This document shows positions 26,970 through 36,340 of a stretch of DNA of 64,000 nt, in pieces. This DNA is from a virus. Positions within the stretch are counted from its first letter, which is position 1. Every line of letters begins with the position of its first letter. A model generated the notes under the pieces. That model had not been told where the DNA came from and searched no databases. It worked only from the letters and a program-made list of their open reading frames with translations. The DNA lies in IMG/VR virus record IMGVR_UViG_3300034418_006037, positions 25,218 to 89,217 of that record, one strand, 5' to 3'. Position numbers and translations under genes: made by a program.

Positions 26970-27948
26970 GACCATATCAAGCAAAATGATAGTGCGCAAA
27001 GTAATGCGCGATTTGAATCCTCATAGTCAAAATGGGGATTGGTTACATGATGCCATAGAATGGATCGGAGAAGCTCTAGAACATATAGGGAGTAGTACTC
27101 AGCTTATTACAAAAGTATGTACGGTTCAGATCAAAAATCATAAGGCCGCACTACCTGCTGACTTGTATTACCCGCAGCAGGTGTCAACAAGCGGTCATCC
27201 TGATGCTGAAACTATATATGAAGAGCTAGAAGGTCTCTCCGAAAAGATAGCTGATCTAAAAAGAACCTATGTGGATGCCAAAGAAGATATGGCTAGCCAC
27301 TTAATAAAGACACGAAGTGGTGCTGTCATATCTAATCTTGATGAGAAACTGCTAGATAAGTACAACTCAATATCTAAAAGCAGTGATTATGCTCTTAGAG
27401 ATTTGTCATCAAGAGTTGTGGTGCTTGAAAACACTTTGATGGGTGGAGATCATGGTGAACACCTTATTCCTCTGAAGTATTGTACTACTACTTTCCCTGA
27501 GTCAGAACCTTGTCCGGATTGTCATCATGATAGTCACGTAGAGTGTTACTTTATTGAAAGTGACTACATTAAAACGTCATTTGCATCAGGCACTGTATGC
27601 ATAAGTTACAAAGCATTTCCTACAGACCCTGATTGCTACCCCTTGGTGCCAGACGATATCAGCTTCAAAGAAGCTATGTTTTGGTACATATACAAGAAGA
27701 TGCTACTTGGGGGTACGGTTGATGTAAATAAGAACGGGATACAGTATGATTTTGCTGATCAGAAGTGGAAGTACTACTGCACACAAGCACGCAATGCTGC
27801 AGTGTTCCCAGACATCGACAGAATGGAAAGCTTTATGAATCAGTGGGTTAGACTTATCCCCAACATCAACAGACACGACCATGTGTTTGATGAGCTTGGG
27901 GACAGGGAAGACATATATAGAGGACGTTACAATACCTATGGTAGATGA
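26956..27948 (+). CDS. Tail tubular / ring protein 1 (P22 gp4-like)
   Basis: 'IEWIGEALEHIG...IKNHKAALPADL...YIKTSF..G...ISY...D...PLVPDD.SF.EA..WYI' pattern and synteny. Confidence 0.8.
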   Translation: MAVYKTISSKMIVRKVMRDLNPHSQNGDWLHDAIEWIGEALEHIGSSTQLITKVCTVQIKNHKAALPADLYYPQQVSTSGHPDAETIYEELEGLSEKIADLKRTYVDAKEDMASHLIKTRSGAVISNLDEKLLDKYNSISKSSDYALRDLSSRVVVLENTLMGGDHGEHLIPLKYCTTTFPESEPCPDCHHDSHVECYFIESDYIKTSFASGTVCISYKAFPTDPDCYPLVPDDISFKEAMFWYIYKKMLLGGTVDVNKNGIQYDFADQKWKYYCTQARNAAVFPDIDRMESFMNQWVRLIPNINRHDHVFDELGDREDIYRGRYNTYGR

Positions 27949-30900
27949 AGAAGCTAGGGAAAGGTATGTTCAAGGATACCGCTCGGGTAGATCAGCCCGA
28001 GGGTACAATGCGTGATGCACTAAACGCTAACCTGAACATAAAGAAAGGAAGTATCAGCAATGAGTGGGGTACTTATGAATACCCTAATAATGCTGGGTTT
28101 AGAGTACTAGGTAGAACTGTACTTGACGATGATGTCATTGTCATGTTTGGGCAGGCAGTAAATGTCGTAGATAATGAGACAGTATACACTGATCAAATAC
28201 GTACTCTGAATACTAGAAATCAAGAGGTACTAGTTCTGTACGAGAACGATCTGTTGAACTTTCAGCAAACTCATCCTATAGTAGCTACTAATAGAAAGAA
28301 CCAAGCAGGAGATTATATAGTATACTTCACCGACGGATATAAGGAAGAGGCAGAGCTTTACACGGCTTTTGAATATGTTAACACATATAATCCTCCTAGA
28401 GTAATAAATGTAACTAGACAGAGGGCATTTAGACTGCGCGGTGGACTTGTTGATCAGCTGTACAACAACACTAACTCTTTCTACAAATTAAACCTAATAC
28501 CTAGGATAGGTACTCACTCTTCGTTTGATTCAGCAAGAGTTCTGAGCGGAGGTAACTTGTACGCAGCTGCATATTATTTAGCTCTTGCGTATACAGATAG
28601 AGACGGGGTAGAAACTAATTACTTCGTACTTTCCAATCCAGTATATATAGTCCCAAACTCTGAGAATATTACTCCGACTAATAGTTTTATTGGGGCAGAG
28701 GGTGGTACTAAATGTAACAAGACTATTCAGTGGGTAGTAGATACACCTATTGATATAGACTACGAGCTGCTTCAGCCTGCAGTTATAAAGTTGCAGAAGA
28801 CTGCAATGACAGCTGAAAAGCTTAAGCCTGTTGCAATGAACAAAGGATACGAAACAATAGTGACGTATTCAGGAAACGAAGACTCTCAATCAATTGCTGT
28901 TGAAGACATCATAGTAGATGATGTAAACTACATTACTGCGGACACTATAAGTCAACTGGACAATAGGTTGTATTTAGGTAATGTCTCAAGTAACAAAGAC
29001 ATTGGTTTTCAGCCTTTTGCACAAAACATACAGCTTGAAGCTGTAGTAGAAGAAGCAGAAGCATTCAGCCCTAGGCTTTACGACACGTTTGCTTTGAACC
29101 AAGGTTATGCTGCACTTATACAAGAGTGGCATGCTGATGTGCCACAGCAATTCAAAAATGAGTACCAAGATCTGCAGACAGGCAATATTTCATATGCTCC
29201 TACAGGAAACATAAACTATCAATACCAAGAGCTCCTAAACAATCTTCTGTTAGATCCTCTTGGTAATACTCGGAAAGGGTATAGAGATCCTAATTTCTAC
29301 TTCCAAAGAAAATCTTTTAGAAGAGGTGAGGTATATGCTTTCTACATATCATTCATACTAAATGATGGTACTGAAACATATGCTTACCACATTCCCGGGA
29401 GAGAGCCTAGATGCATTCCTGTACCAGCGACACAGCAGACTACTTATGAGTATGCTCAGTATAGGAAGGTAACATTCTCTTTTGATGACTACGATTTTAG
29501 TTTTGGGGGAAGTGGAGTAGCAAGTCAGCATGAACTTGTGTTTTTGTATGTACCACCACTTGGTCAAGGAAATTCGCCTGTAGGATACCCAAACGCAGGA
29601 TACTACAGACCCGCTGGCTGGACTAATGATGCAACACTGGTAAATCAGTTTAATGCTAACTCACTACCTGAAACTATATCTGTAACTGGAGCTACGTACA
29701 TATCTCTAACTCTGAATTCTGCAGATGACTTCGGTGCTTCGTATAATCAAACTACCGTCTTCAATGCAATGGAAGCATGGTTGTTATCAAACGGACCTAC
29801 CCTTGGAGCTACAGAAGGATGGGACGAAATAGTTGGGGAAGAAATAAGTTCACAAACTCCTGCAATACTGGAGACAGAGGTTAGTATCAGTATTCTTTCA
29901 GATGATGATGTATGTGAAAACGATGCTCTTTCAAAGAACCCAGCTGCTACTAAACTAGCATTTGGATTTCTCCCAACTGAAGCACTAGAACAATATGATG
30001 ATATAAGATTGTTCAATGTTCTTGATACCGGAAACAAGATAGATCCTGAGCTATCTGGTAATATGGGGTACTGGGCTAATGAGAATGAGTTCTACCCTAG
30101 TACTAGAGACTTCACATTTGGGGATGTAACTACAGAAGGAGTTGCAGTCCTAGACGATGCGCAAGGTATTTATGGTGAAAGAGTTAGGCATCACAGAATG
30201 CCTGGTAACCTTAGTGATGAGTTCTCATACATAGAGAGGTCGTCAGAACACCCTGTAAATAACAGTAATGGGAACACTCATGGCTGGTTTGAAGAGCTAG
30301 GTTACAGGCCTCTAGAAGGGGACAGACTTCGCACGATTCGTGGCATTGGGGGCGACGGGACTATGGCGCTGGATGAAAATGTGCGCCTGTTGGGTGTGAG
30401 ACTCAACAATCTTAAAATACCTAGAGGGATTCTAGAGCAAATCCAAGGGTATAAGATATACTATGCTAAGAGAGATGAGAAAGACAAGACTATACTTGGA
30501 CAGAGTATAGCAGTGCCTGGGCATCCTAGAGCAGCTAGTGTAAATAAGCAAAGCTTAGAAGAAGCTGTAACTGGTCCTTTTACTAAAGCCTTCTATATGT
30601 ATGGGGGACTAGACCATACAGATAATACTACTGTAGAGACTTACGGTAAGTGGAAGAGCACAATTGAAGGCGAACGCAGGTATTACTCCCACCCAGTATT
30701 CAAGTTTCACGATCTGCATCAGCTGCGCAAAAGATCTGATATGTCTGCTGCTACCCACATACAATGTCAGTATGGAGTAATATTTAGAATGTACTCCGGA
30801 GGGCCTGGAGTATTTGTACCTCCATGTGCTCCTGATAAAGTTTGGGACGCAGTTATTGATTTTGATGAGAGTGAACTCTCAACCTCTTTTAATGATGGAG

Positions 30901-33900
30901 TCCCAGATTACATCATAAGGAATAGTGATAACAACTTAGATCCTTGGGATGCACACTCTACTACTTTCCCTTCTTTAGGATGGGTCAGTCCTGAGATGCA
31001 GAACACAGTAGACTTCTACTGGCACGATCCTAAAAATCAGTTGGGTAAAAAAAGCATCGATAAAAAGATGTTTGGGGAAACTCGCATACTTGACATAAGT
31101 GATGTCCAGGAAGGAGTAATAAACTATGGGTTTATTGGAGACGATGATGGCGAGATAGTAGGTCAAGGTGTTGATGGAGGCGCTAACGACAATACTGGAG
31201 TTAGTATTGCAAAACGTGCTAGAAAATACAGACGCGGAGAAGATTTGTCACAGCCTGCAAATGGTGATTTTGAGGGTAAAGCAGAGCAATTCCTAGCTAT
31301 TAAAGCTAAGGAGGCTAGAGTGCGTGCTTGGTACACTTCGGCTATGATAGGAACTGCATACATATCACCTAGCATAGCTTTATCCTCCCCAACTGTAGTC
31401 AAGGGTGGAAGCTATAAAGCAGTAAGTGCTTTTCTAGATGGGGATTACTTAGTTACATCAGGCGCTTCTGCACTTAATAGGTTTTACCAAGAAGGTAATT
31501 TTGATGATAACCAGCTTACTCTTATGCTGGATCCGAACAGCAAGATACTGCTGCACGGGCGTGAGAATCATGAGACTAGTGACAGCACCTCATTTAAAGG
31601 AGCACAGATTCTATACAACTTAGCAGGTGAAACTGCTCATGCGTTTGGGTTGGTAAGCGGCCTTCCCGCTCTTAGAGGACATGCTCCTTTTGATAACCTT
31701 ACTCAGGTTGGGTCTAATGGAGACCGAGCAGGTCTTGTAAGGTGGGGAGAAGCTCTCAATTGGTTGTACCCTGATGCTTTTAAAGACACAGTTCCATATG
31801 AATACCAGCTCTATGGGTTTAATACAGGATCTCAATTCCACTACCTAGCTAATGCTTCTGGGCAGGACGGAGAGATGTATGCCCCAAGAAATTATCAAGG
31901 TCTCAGGTATAGAATGTCTCCTACAAACCACATTATGGGACTGCCTATGGCGTGGCTTCTTAACGTGTGTGCTATACGTAGAAACGTCTTCTCTCCGTTT
32001 GATCAGCAGAACCTAGTATGGACTGGTTACTTTAACAGAATAAGAAACGCAAACCTTACTACTGGAGAAGCAGATGATGGATACTACACAAGAAATTACT
32101 ACGAGGGAGCACAGTCTAGAGAGATCTTTGGGGGAGATACTTACATAACTAAAACTAGCTTCCGCTCTACTTCTCAAAGCTATGGGCATAGCTATTGGAG
32201 AGCCAACAGGTGGTATGGAGATCCTGTGGGAGCAAGTGAAGAGTACACGCAGGGAGGTGTAGTTATAGAAAATGCATCTAACCTTATAAACATAGCGTTT
32301 AATACTACAGATTTCTTTGGGCGTAGAAGATTTCAATCTGACTTACCGGCAAACCTAGACCCTCTATCTGCTGGTTTGTACATAGCGGATAGATTTGGAA
32401 CTACTCAAGGAGCCCCAATATGGAATGCTACCCCAGACTATCTTCAGATAGGAGTAAATTCAGGTGCTGCTGATAGTAGGTATGACATGGCTCAAAAGTT
32501 TGTCAACGTTGTAGCAGATAGCCACAACTGGGTAAAGGGCAATGTCAATCCTGTATCTACTGTATTCTCTTTCTATGTAGAGTCTGATGACTTGCTAGAG
32601 TGGAGGCACGTAGATGATGTAGAGCGCGGAGAAAAGACTAAAGTGTTTGACTATCATACAGGACATTCTGTAATATTCAATCCTCCCTACGACGACTTCA
32701 CCAAACCTGATAAGATACTTTACGAGGATCACCTATCTGCACTGCAGAACGTAAAGGTAACCTCACCTTTGAATGTATTCGGAGAGCTATCTAAGGTTCA
32801 GACATTCCCTAACAGAGTAGTACGTTCTGATGTAGACTCAGGCAGTATTTCTGATGGGTATAGGAAGTTTAGAGCGCTGGAATACAAAGACATACCTACT
32901 CATAGAGGTCAGATTAAAAATCTATTTGATCTGAACGGGAACCTGTACATACATACAGAGCGCTCACTGTTTGTGACAAAGGGTAAAGAGGAACTTCAAC
33001 TGGATGCTGTCACTGCATTCATAGGTAGCGGTAACATCTTTGTGCAAGATCCTGATGAAGCTATGCAAGCTGATGCAGGCTATGCTGGTACTGCTTCTAG
33101 ACATGCACACATAACTACTGTGTATGGACACTTTTACGTCAACTACAGAGACAGAAAAGTGTACAGCGTGAGTGGGCAAGGTGTGGCAGACATAACTAGT
33201 GGTATGGAAACATGGTTGAGAGACAACATGCCATTTGCTCTAGAGCAGTTTGGGATAAACCTAGACAGTGACAATGCTAGGGAGAATGGCTTCTTTGTGG
33301 ATGCTACAACTGGGGTCAACGTACCAATAGGATTTACCCTTGGGTATGACCCACTGTTTAAGCGCATACTTATTACAAAGCATGAGCCCATACCTACACA
33401 GCAGTTTTTCGAAGACTTCTACGCAGGTAACATAGTAGTTATCAATGACATACCAGAGCTTATATCTGGATGTGCAGACTTAGATGTCATACAAACTAAT
33501 GCTAGAGTACCCATCCCAGAGCAGGTAAACTTTAAAGCTAACAACCCAGTTTATTGCGGACCTATATGGTTTGGTAACCCTGTATACTTTACACAAAGCT
33601 CTTGGACCATTTCATACTACCCTGAACTTAAAGTGTGGGGCAGTAGACACAGCTATGCACCTAACCTGTACACGAATACCTCAGAGTACTTGGTAAGCTT
33701 TGCGGGTGATCGTAGCTGGGAGCACACTAACAAGAACAACCCTGGTAGATTCTACGGAGAGCTATACAACTTCGAAGTAGAGTTCATAGACAATACAGCT
33801 GCTGCAGAAGCTAAGCTGTTCTCGAATATGTTCTACTGGGCTGAGTCCTTCCTTCCTGATCAAAACAGTATCTCTGAGCAATTCAGAGTATCTAATCCTG

Positions 33901-34301
33901 TGTTTGATGAGTTCTATGCATACAATAGCACTCAGATTACAGGTCTACCTATAACAATCAACTACTTGAATAATGCTAGGTTGGTAGATAGGATATGGTA
34001 TGTCAACGAGATACGAGATCTTTCAATCCAACAACAACTTACTGAGGGTGAGCTTATTACTGGAACAGAGAATGTTGCAGGAAATATAACAACAGAAGTT
34101 ACTGTGCACCCTCAAGCTACAACTATGTTCACTGAAGAGGGTGTAGTAAATAACAACTATGTAAATCTCAATAAAGAATGGTTTAATCGCAGAAAGATGA
34201 TTGACCACTATCTAGGAGTGAGACTTATAAAAGATAATACTAACAGAAATTTAGTACATTTGTATGCAGTTGGTACTAAGTTCCGTAAATCATTCAGATA
34301 A
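27945..34301 (+). CDS. Tail stabilisation / muzzle protein (P22 gp10-like), 2118 aa
   Basis: N-terminal 'KGMFKD..RVDQPEGTMRDALNAN', 'RLYLGN', 'FRRGEVYAFYI', 'FGGDTYI' and 'SWTISY...W.SRHSY.P'. Confidence 0.8.
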   Translation: MKKLGKGMFKDTARVDQPEGTMRDALNANLNIKKGSISNEWGTYEYPNNAGFRVLGRTVLDDDVIVMFGQAVNVVDNETVYTDQIRTLNTRNQEVLVLYENDLLNFQQTHPIVATNRKNQAGDYIVYFTDGYKEEAELYTAFEYVNTYNPPRVINVTRQRAFRLRGGLVDQLYNNTNSFYKLNLIPRIGTHSSFDSARVLSGGNLYAAAYYLALAYTDRDGVETNYFVLSNPVYIVPNSENITPTNSFIGAEGGTKCNKTIQWVVDTPIDIDYELLQPAVIKLQKTAMTAEKLKPVAMNKGYETIVTYSGNEDSQSIAVEDIIVDDVNYITADTISQLDNRLYLGNVSSNKDIGFQPFAQNIQLEAVVEEAEAFSPRLYDTFALNQGYAALIQEWHADVPQQFKNEYQDLQTGNISYAPTGNINYQYQELLNNLLLDPLGNTRKGYRDPNFYFQRKSFRRGEVYAFYISFILNDGTETYAYHIPGREPRCIPVPATQQTTYEYAQYRKVTFSFDDYDFSFGGSGVASQHELVFLYVPPLGQGNSPVGYPNAGYYRPAGWTNDATLVNQFNANSLPETISVTGATYISLTLNSADDFGASYNQTTVFNAMEAWLLSNGPTLGATEGWDEIVGEEISSQTPAILETEVSISILSDDDVCENDALSKNPAATKLAFGFLPTEALEQYDDIRLFNVLDTGNKIDPELSGNMGYWANENEFYPSTRDFTFGDVTTEGVAVLDDAQGIYGERVRHHRMPGNLSDEFSYIERSSEHPVNNSNGNTHGWFEELGYRPLEGDRLRTIRGIGGDGTMALDENVRLLGVRLNNLKIPRGILEQIQGYKIYYAKRDEKDKTILGQSIAVPGHPRAASVNKQSLEEAVTGPFTKAFYMYGGLDHTDNTTVETYGKWKSTIEGERRYYSHPVFKFHDLHQLRKRSDMSAATHIQCQYGVIFRMYSGGPGVFVPPCAPDKVWDAVIDFDESELSTSFNDGVPDYIIRNSDNNLDPWDAHSTTFPSLGWVSPEMQNTVDFYWHDPKNQLGKKSIDKKMFGETRILDISDVQEGVINYGFIGDDDGEIVGQGVDGGANDNTGVSIAKRARKYRRGEDLSQPANGDFEGKAEQFLAIKAKEARVRAWYTSAMIGTAYISPSIALSSPTVVKGGSYKAVSAFLDGDYLVTSGASALNRFYQEGNFDDNQLTLMLDPNSKILLHGRENHETSDSTSFKGAQILYNLAGETAHAFGLVSGLPALRGHAPFDNLTQVGSNGDRAGLVRWGEALNWLYPDAFKDTVPYEYQLYGFNTGSQFHYLANASGQDGEMYAPRNYQGLRYRMSPTNHIMGLPMAWLLNVCAIRRNVFSPFDQQNLVWTGYFNRIRNANLTTGEADDGYYTRNYYEGAQSREIFGGDTYITKTSFRSTSQSYGHSYWRANRWYGDPVGASEEYTQGGVVIENASNLINIAFNTTDFFGRRRFQSDLPANLDPLSAGLYIADRFGTTQGAPIWNATPDYLQIGVNSGAADSRYDMAQKFVNVVADSHNWVKGNVNPVSTVFSFYVESDDLLEWRHVDDVERGEKTKVFDYHTGHSVIFNPPYDDFTKPDKILYEDHLSALQNVKVTSPLNVFGELSKVQTFPNRVVRSDVDSGSISDGYRKFRALEYKDIPTHRGQIKNLFDLNGNLYIHTERSLFVTKGKEELQLDAVTAFIGSGNIFVQDPDEAMQADAGYAGTASRHAHITTVYGHFYVNYRDRKVYSVSGQGVADITSGMETWLRDNMPFALEQFGINLDSDNARENGFFVDATTGVNVPIGFTLGYDPLFKRILITKHEPIPTQQFFEDFYAGNIVVINDIPELISGCADLDVIQTNARVPIPEQVNFKANNPVYCGPIWFGNPVYFTQSSWTISYYPELKVWGSRHSYAPNLYTNTSEYLVSFAGDRSWEHTNKNNPGRFYGELYNFEVEFIDNTAAAEAKLFSNMFYWAESFLPDQNSISEQFRVSNPVFDEFYAYNSTQITGLPITINYLNNARLVDRIWYVNEIRDLSIQQQLTEGELITGTENVAGNITTEVTVHPQATTMFTEEGVVNNNYVNLNKEWFNRRKMIDHYLGVRLIKDNTNRNLVHLYAVGTKFRKSFR
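34255..34262 (+). promoter_or_regulatory. Bacteroidota-type -7 promoter element inside the 3' end of the muzzle gene
   Basis: TACATTTG is an exact TAnnTTTG match about 40 nt before the cargo gene start at 34301. Confidence 0.45.
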
Positions 34302-36340
34302 TGGCAAACAGAAAGCAAGGATATTTGGACAAAGCTAAGCGCCAAATGAAAAAGAAAGGAACTGTCGGCGCATTCACAGAATACTGCGGTGGTAAAGTTA
34401 CAGATAAGTGTATAGAACGTGCACTAAATAGTAACGACGATACTTTACGCAAGCGTGCACAATTTGCTAAGAACGTTAGAGCAAAAGACGGGGGAGCAAA
34501 ACCTCTGCCTGGGGGTATTATGCAGCCCATAGGGTACGGTGCATTCAAGTTCCATGGCAACAAGCATGATGAAGCAGGTATGGGTTCTGACAGCGGTATC
34601 ATACTTGAAGAGGGTGGTAAGAAGAAGCCAGGCCTTGAAGTAGAAGATGGTGAGCTGCAAGTAGATGTTAATACCAAAGATGGTAAGAAGGAATACATAG
34701 TGTCGGATTACATCAAAAATCCTGCTACTGGTAACACACTTGCCGAAGATCTAGAAAAGGAACTAGCAAAAGCTAAGAACAACCAAGAAGCAGCTAAGAT
34801 TACTGCACGCTACGTAAGACTGAATGAAAAGCTTCGCGGAGAAGAAGGGGAACCTGAATCAGTAGAGAAGCCCAGAGAAAAAGCACAACTGGGTAAGAGA
34901 CGCAAGCAAAAGAAACAGTACGAGCAGGACATGGCAGACTACGAAGAAAGCTTGTCTGAATTTGAGGAAAAGCAATCTGCTTATGAAGATGAAAAGAAAG
35001 CTGTTGAAGAAAGAAACAAGAAGATACGAGAGGAGAATAAAAAAGCTAAAGAGGACTACGAGGCTAAAGAAGCTAAGAGGAAGGAGATTATAGAGAGGAA
35101 CGAGAAGCTTAGGAGTGAGCGTGGAGCTGCTGGAGCAATTCAAGAAACAGATCCTAATACGGGAGAGCGTATATACGGTGAGACTGTGGTTAACAGCGGT
35201 AACCGGGCAGATAAAATGAGGGACTGGTATAACAGGATGACTGAAGAGCAAGGTTCGCTGCCAGAAGACGTAGATAGATTTGACTTCTCAGAATATATGA
35301 CTGATGGAGAGTTTGATCCTTCTAAATTTGATACTACAGAAGCTAAGGACTCTTTTAGAAGTTGGTACAATGAGCTAGACGATGACCTGGTTACAGGTAA
35401 AATAGCGTCTGACAATCAGGGTAGAGACCTGATATTCGGTGATCAATGGTATAGCAGGCATCTATTGGAAAGACCTGGTGCTCCAGAAGCAGAGCCAGAG
35501 TACAAGCCGGAGGAGGATTTGGAGGCTCCTACATTTGAAGGTGAAAGACCCGATAAGCCAGCAGATCTACCTAATCAGTTTAGGCCTCGAATGCCGGGAA
35601 CCATGTTACAAATGGCTGGTCCTATAGCTGCTTTACAGTCTATGCAAGCTGCGAATCTTATGAAGCCGGAGTATGCTAGGGAAGTACGTATGGGTCGTAC
35701 AAACTTAGATCCAGAACGTGCAGCAGCAGCTCAACAATCTCAAGGAGCAGCAGCTGGTATAACATCTTCTATGTCTGGTCCCGGAGCACTAGCTATGCAG
35801 CAAAAGAATTTGGCTGCAGGTCAACAAGCTCAACGTAATATTAATGACCAGGAAAGCAGAGCCAACTTACAAATAGCCAACACGGAAAAAGGTATCAATG
35901 CAGGTATTAGACAACAGAATGCTTCTAATGCTATGAAGGCTAGTGAATACAATGCTTCTGCTAAAACTAGAACAGCGGAACAGAATAGAGCAGTAAAGCT
36001 AGCTGCTATCAATCAGATGGGTAAGATTGGTACACAGACAGTTAAGGATTACAACCAGCAGTATGCTAACTTTGGGAGTGACATGATGCAATATGGTCCT
36101 GTTGCAGCAGACTACTATGCTAATGTGTACAAAGGCAATACTCCCTTTAATATGGGTGCTAGAGATATAAATGTATCTGGAGCCGGAGCGGAAGAGCAGG
36201 TTGCTGATATTATGCAGAATCAGCAAGCATCTGAAATATTACCTGACTCAAACGACACCAATGAAGGTGGTAGGAAAGGCAGGTATGTGAAAAAGCCTGG
36301 GAAGATTCGTCGTAAGACTACAAGAAAGAGAAGAAGATGA
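34301..36340 (+). CDS. Capsid cargo / ejection protein 1-like
   Basis: 'GAFT...RKRAQFAKN' module, 'G.KH...EVEDGE' motif, charged coiled coil and Q/A/N-rich C-terminal helices. It lies between muzzle and RNAP. Confidence 0.65.
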   Translation: MANRKQGYLDKAKRQMKKKGTVGAFTEYCGGKVTDKCIERALNSNDDTLRKRAQFAKNVRAKDGGAKPLPGGIMQPIGYGAFKFHGNKHDEAGMGSDSGIILEEGGKKKPGLEVEDGELQVDVNTKDGKKEYIVSDYIKNPATGNTLAEDLEKELAKAKNNQEAAKITARYVRLNEKLRGEEGEPESVEKPREKAQLGKRRKQKKQYEQDMADYEESLSEFEEKQSAYEDEKKAVEERNKKIREENKKAKEDYEAKEAKRKEIIERNEKLRSERGAAGAIQETDPNTGERIYGETVVNSGNRADKMRDWYNRMTEEQGSLPEDVDRFDFSEYMTDGEFDPSKFDTTEAKDSFRSWYNELDDDLVTGKIASDNQGRDLIFGDQWYSRHLLERPGAPEAEPEYKPEEDLEAPTFEGERPDKPADLPNQFRPRMPGTMLQMAGPIAALQSMQAANLMKPEYAREVRMGRTNLDPERAAAAQQSQGAAAGITSSMSGPGALAMQQKNLAAGQQAQRNINDQESRANLQIANTEKGINAGIRQQNASNAMKASEYNASAKTRTAEQNRAVKLAAINQMGKIGTQTVKDYNQQYANFGSDMMQYGPVAADYYANVYKGNTPFNMGARDINVSGAGAEEQVADIMQNQQASEILPDSNDTNEGGRKGRYVKKPGKIRRKTTRKRRR

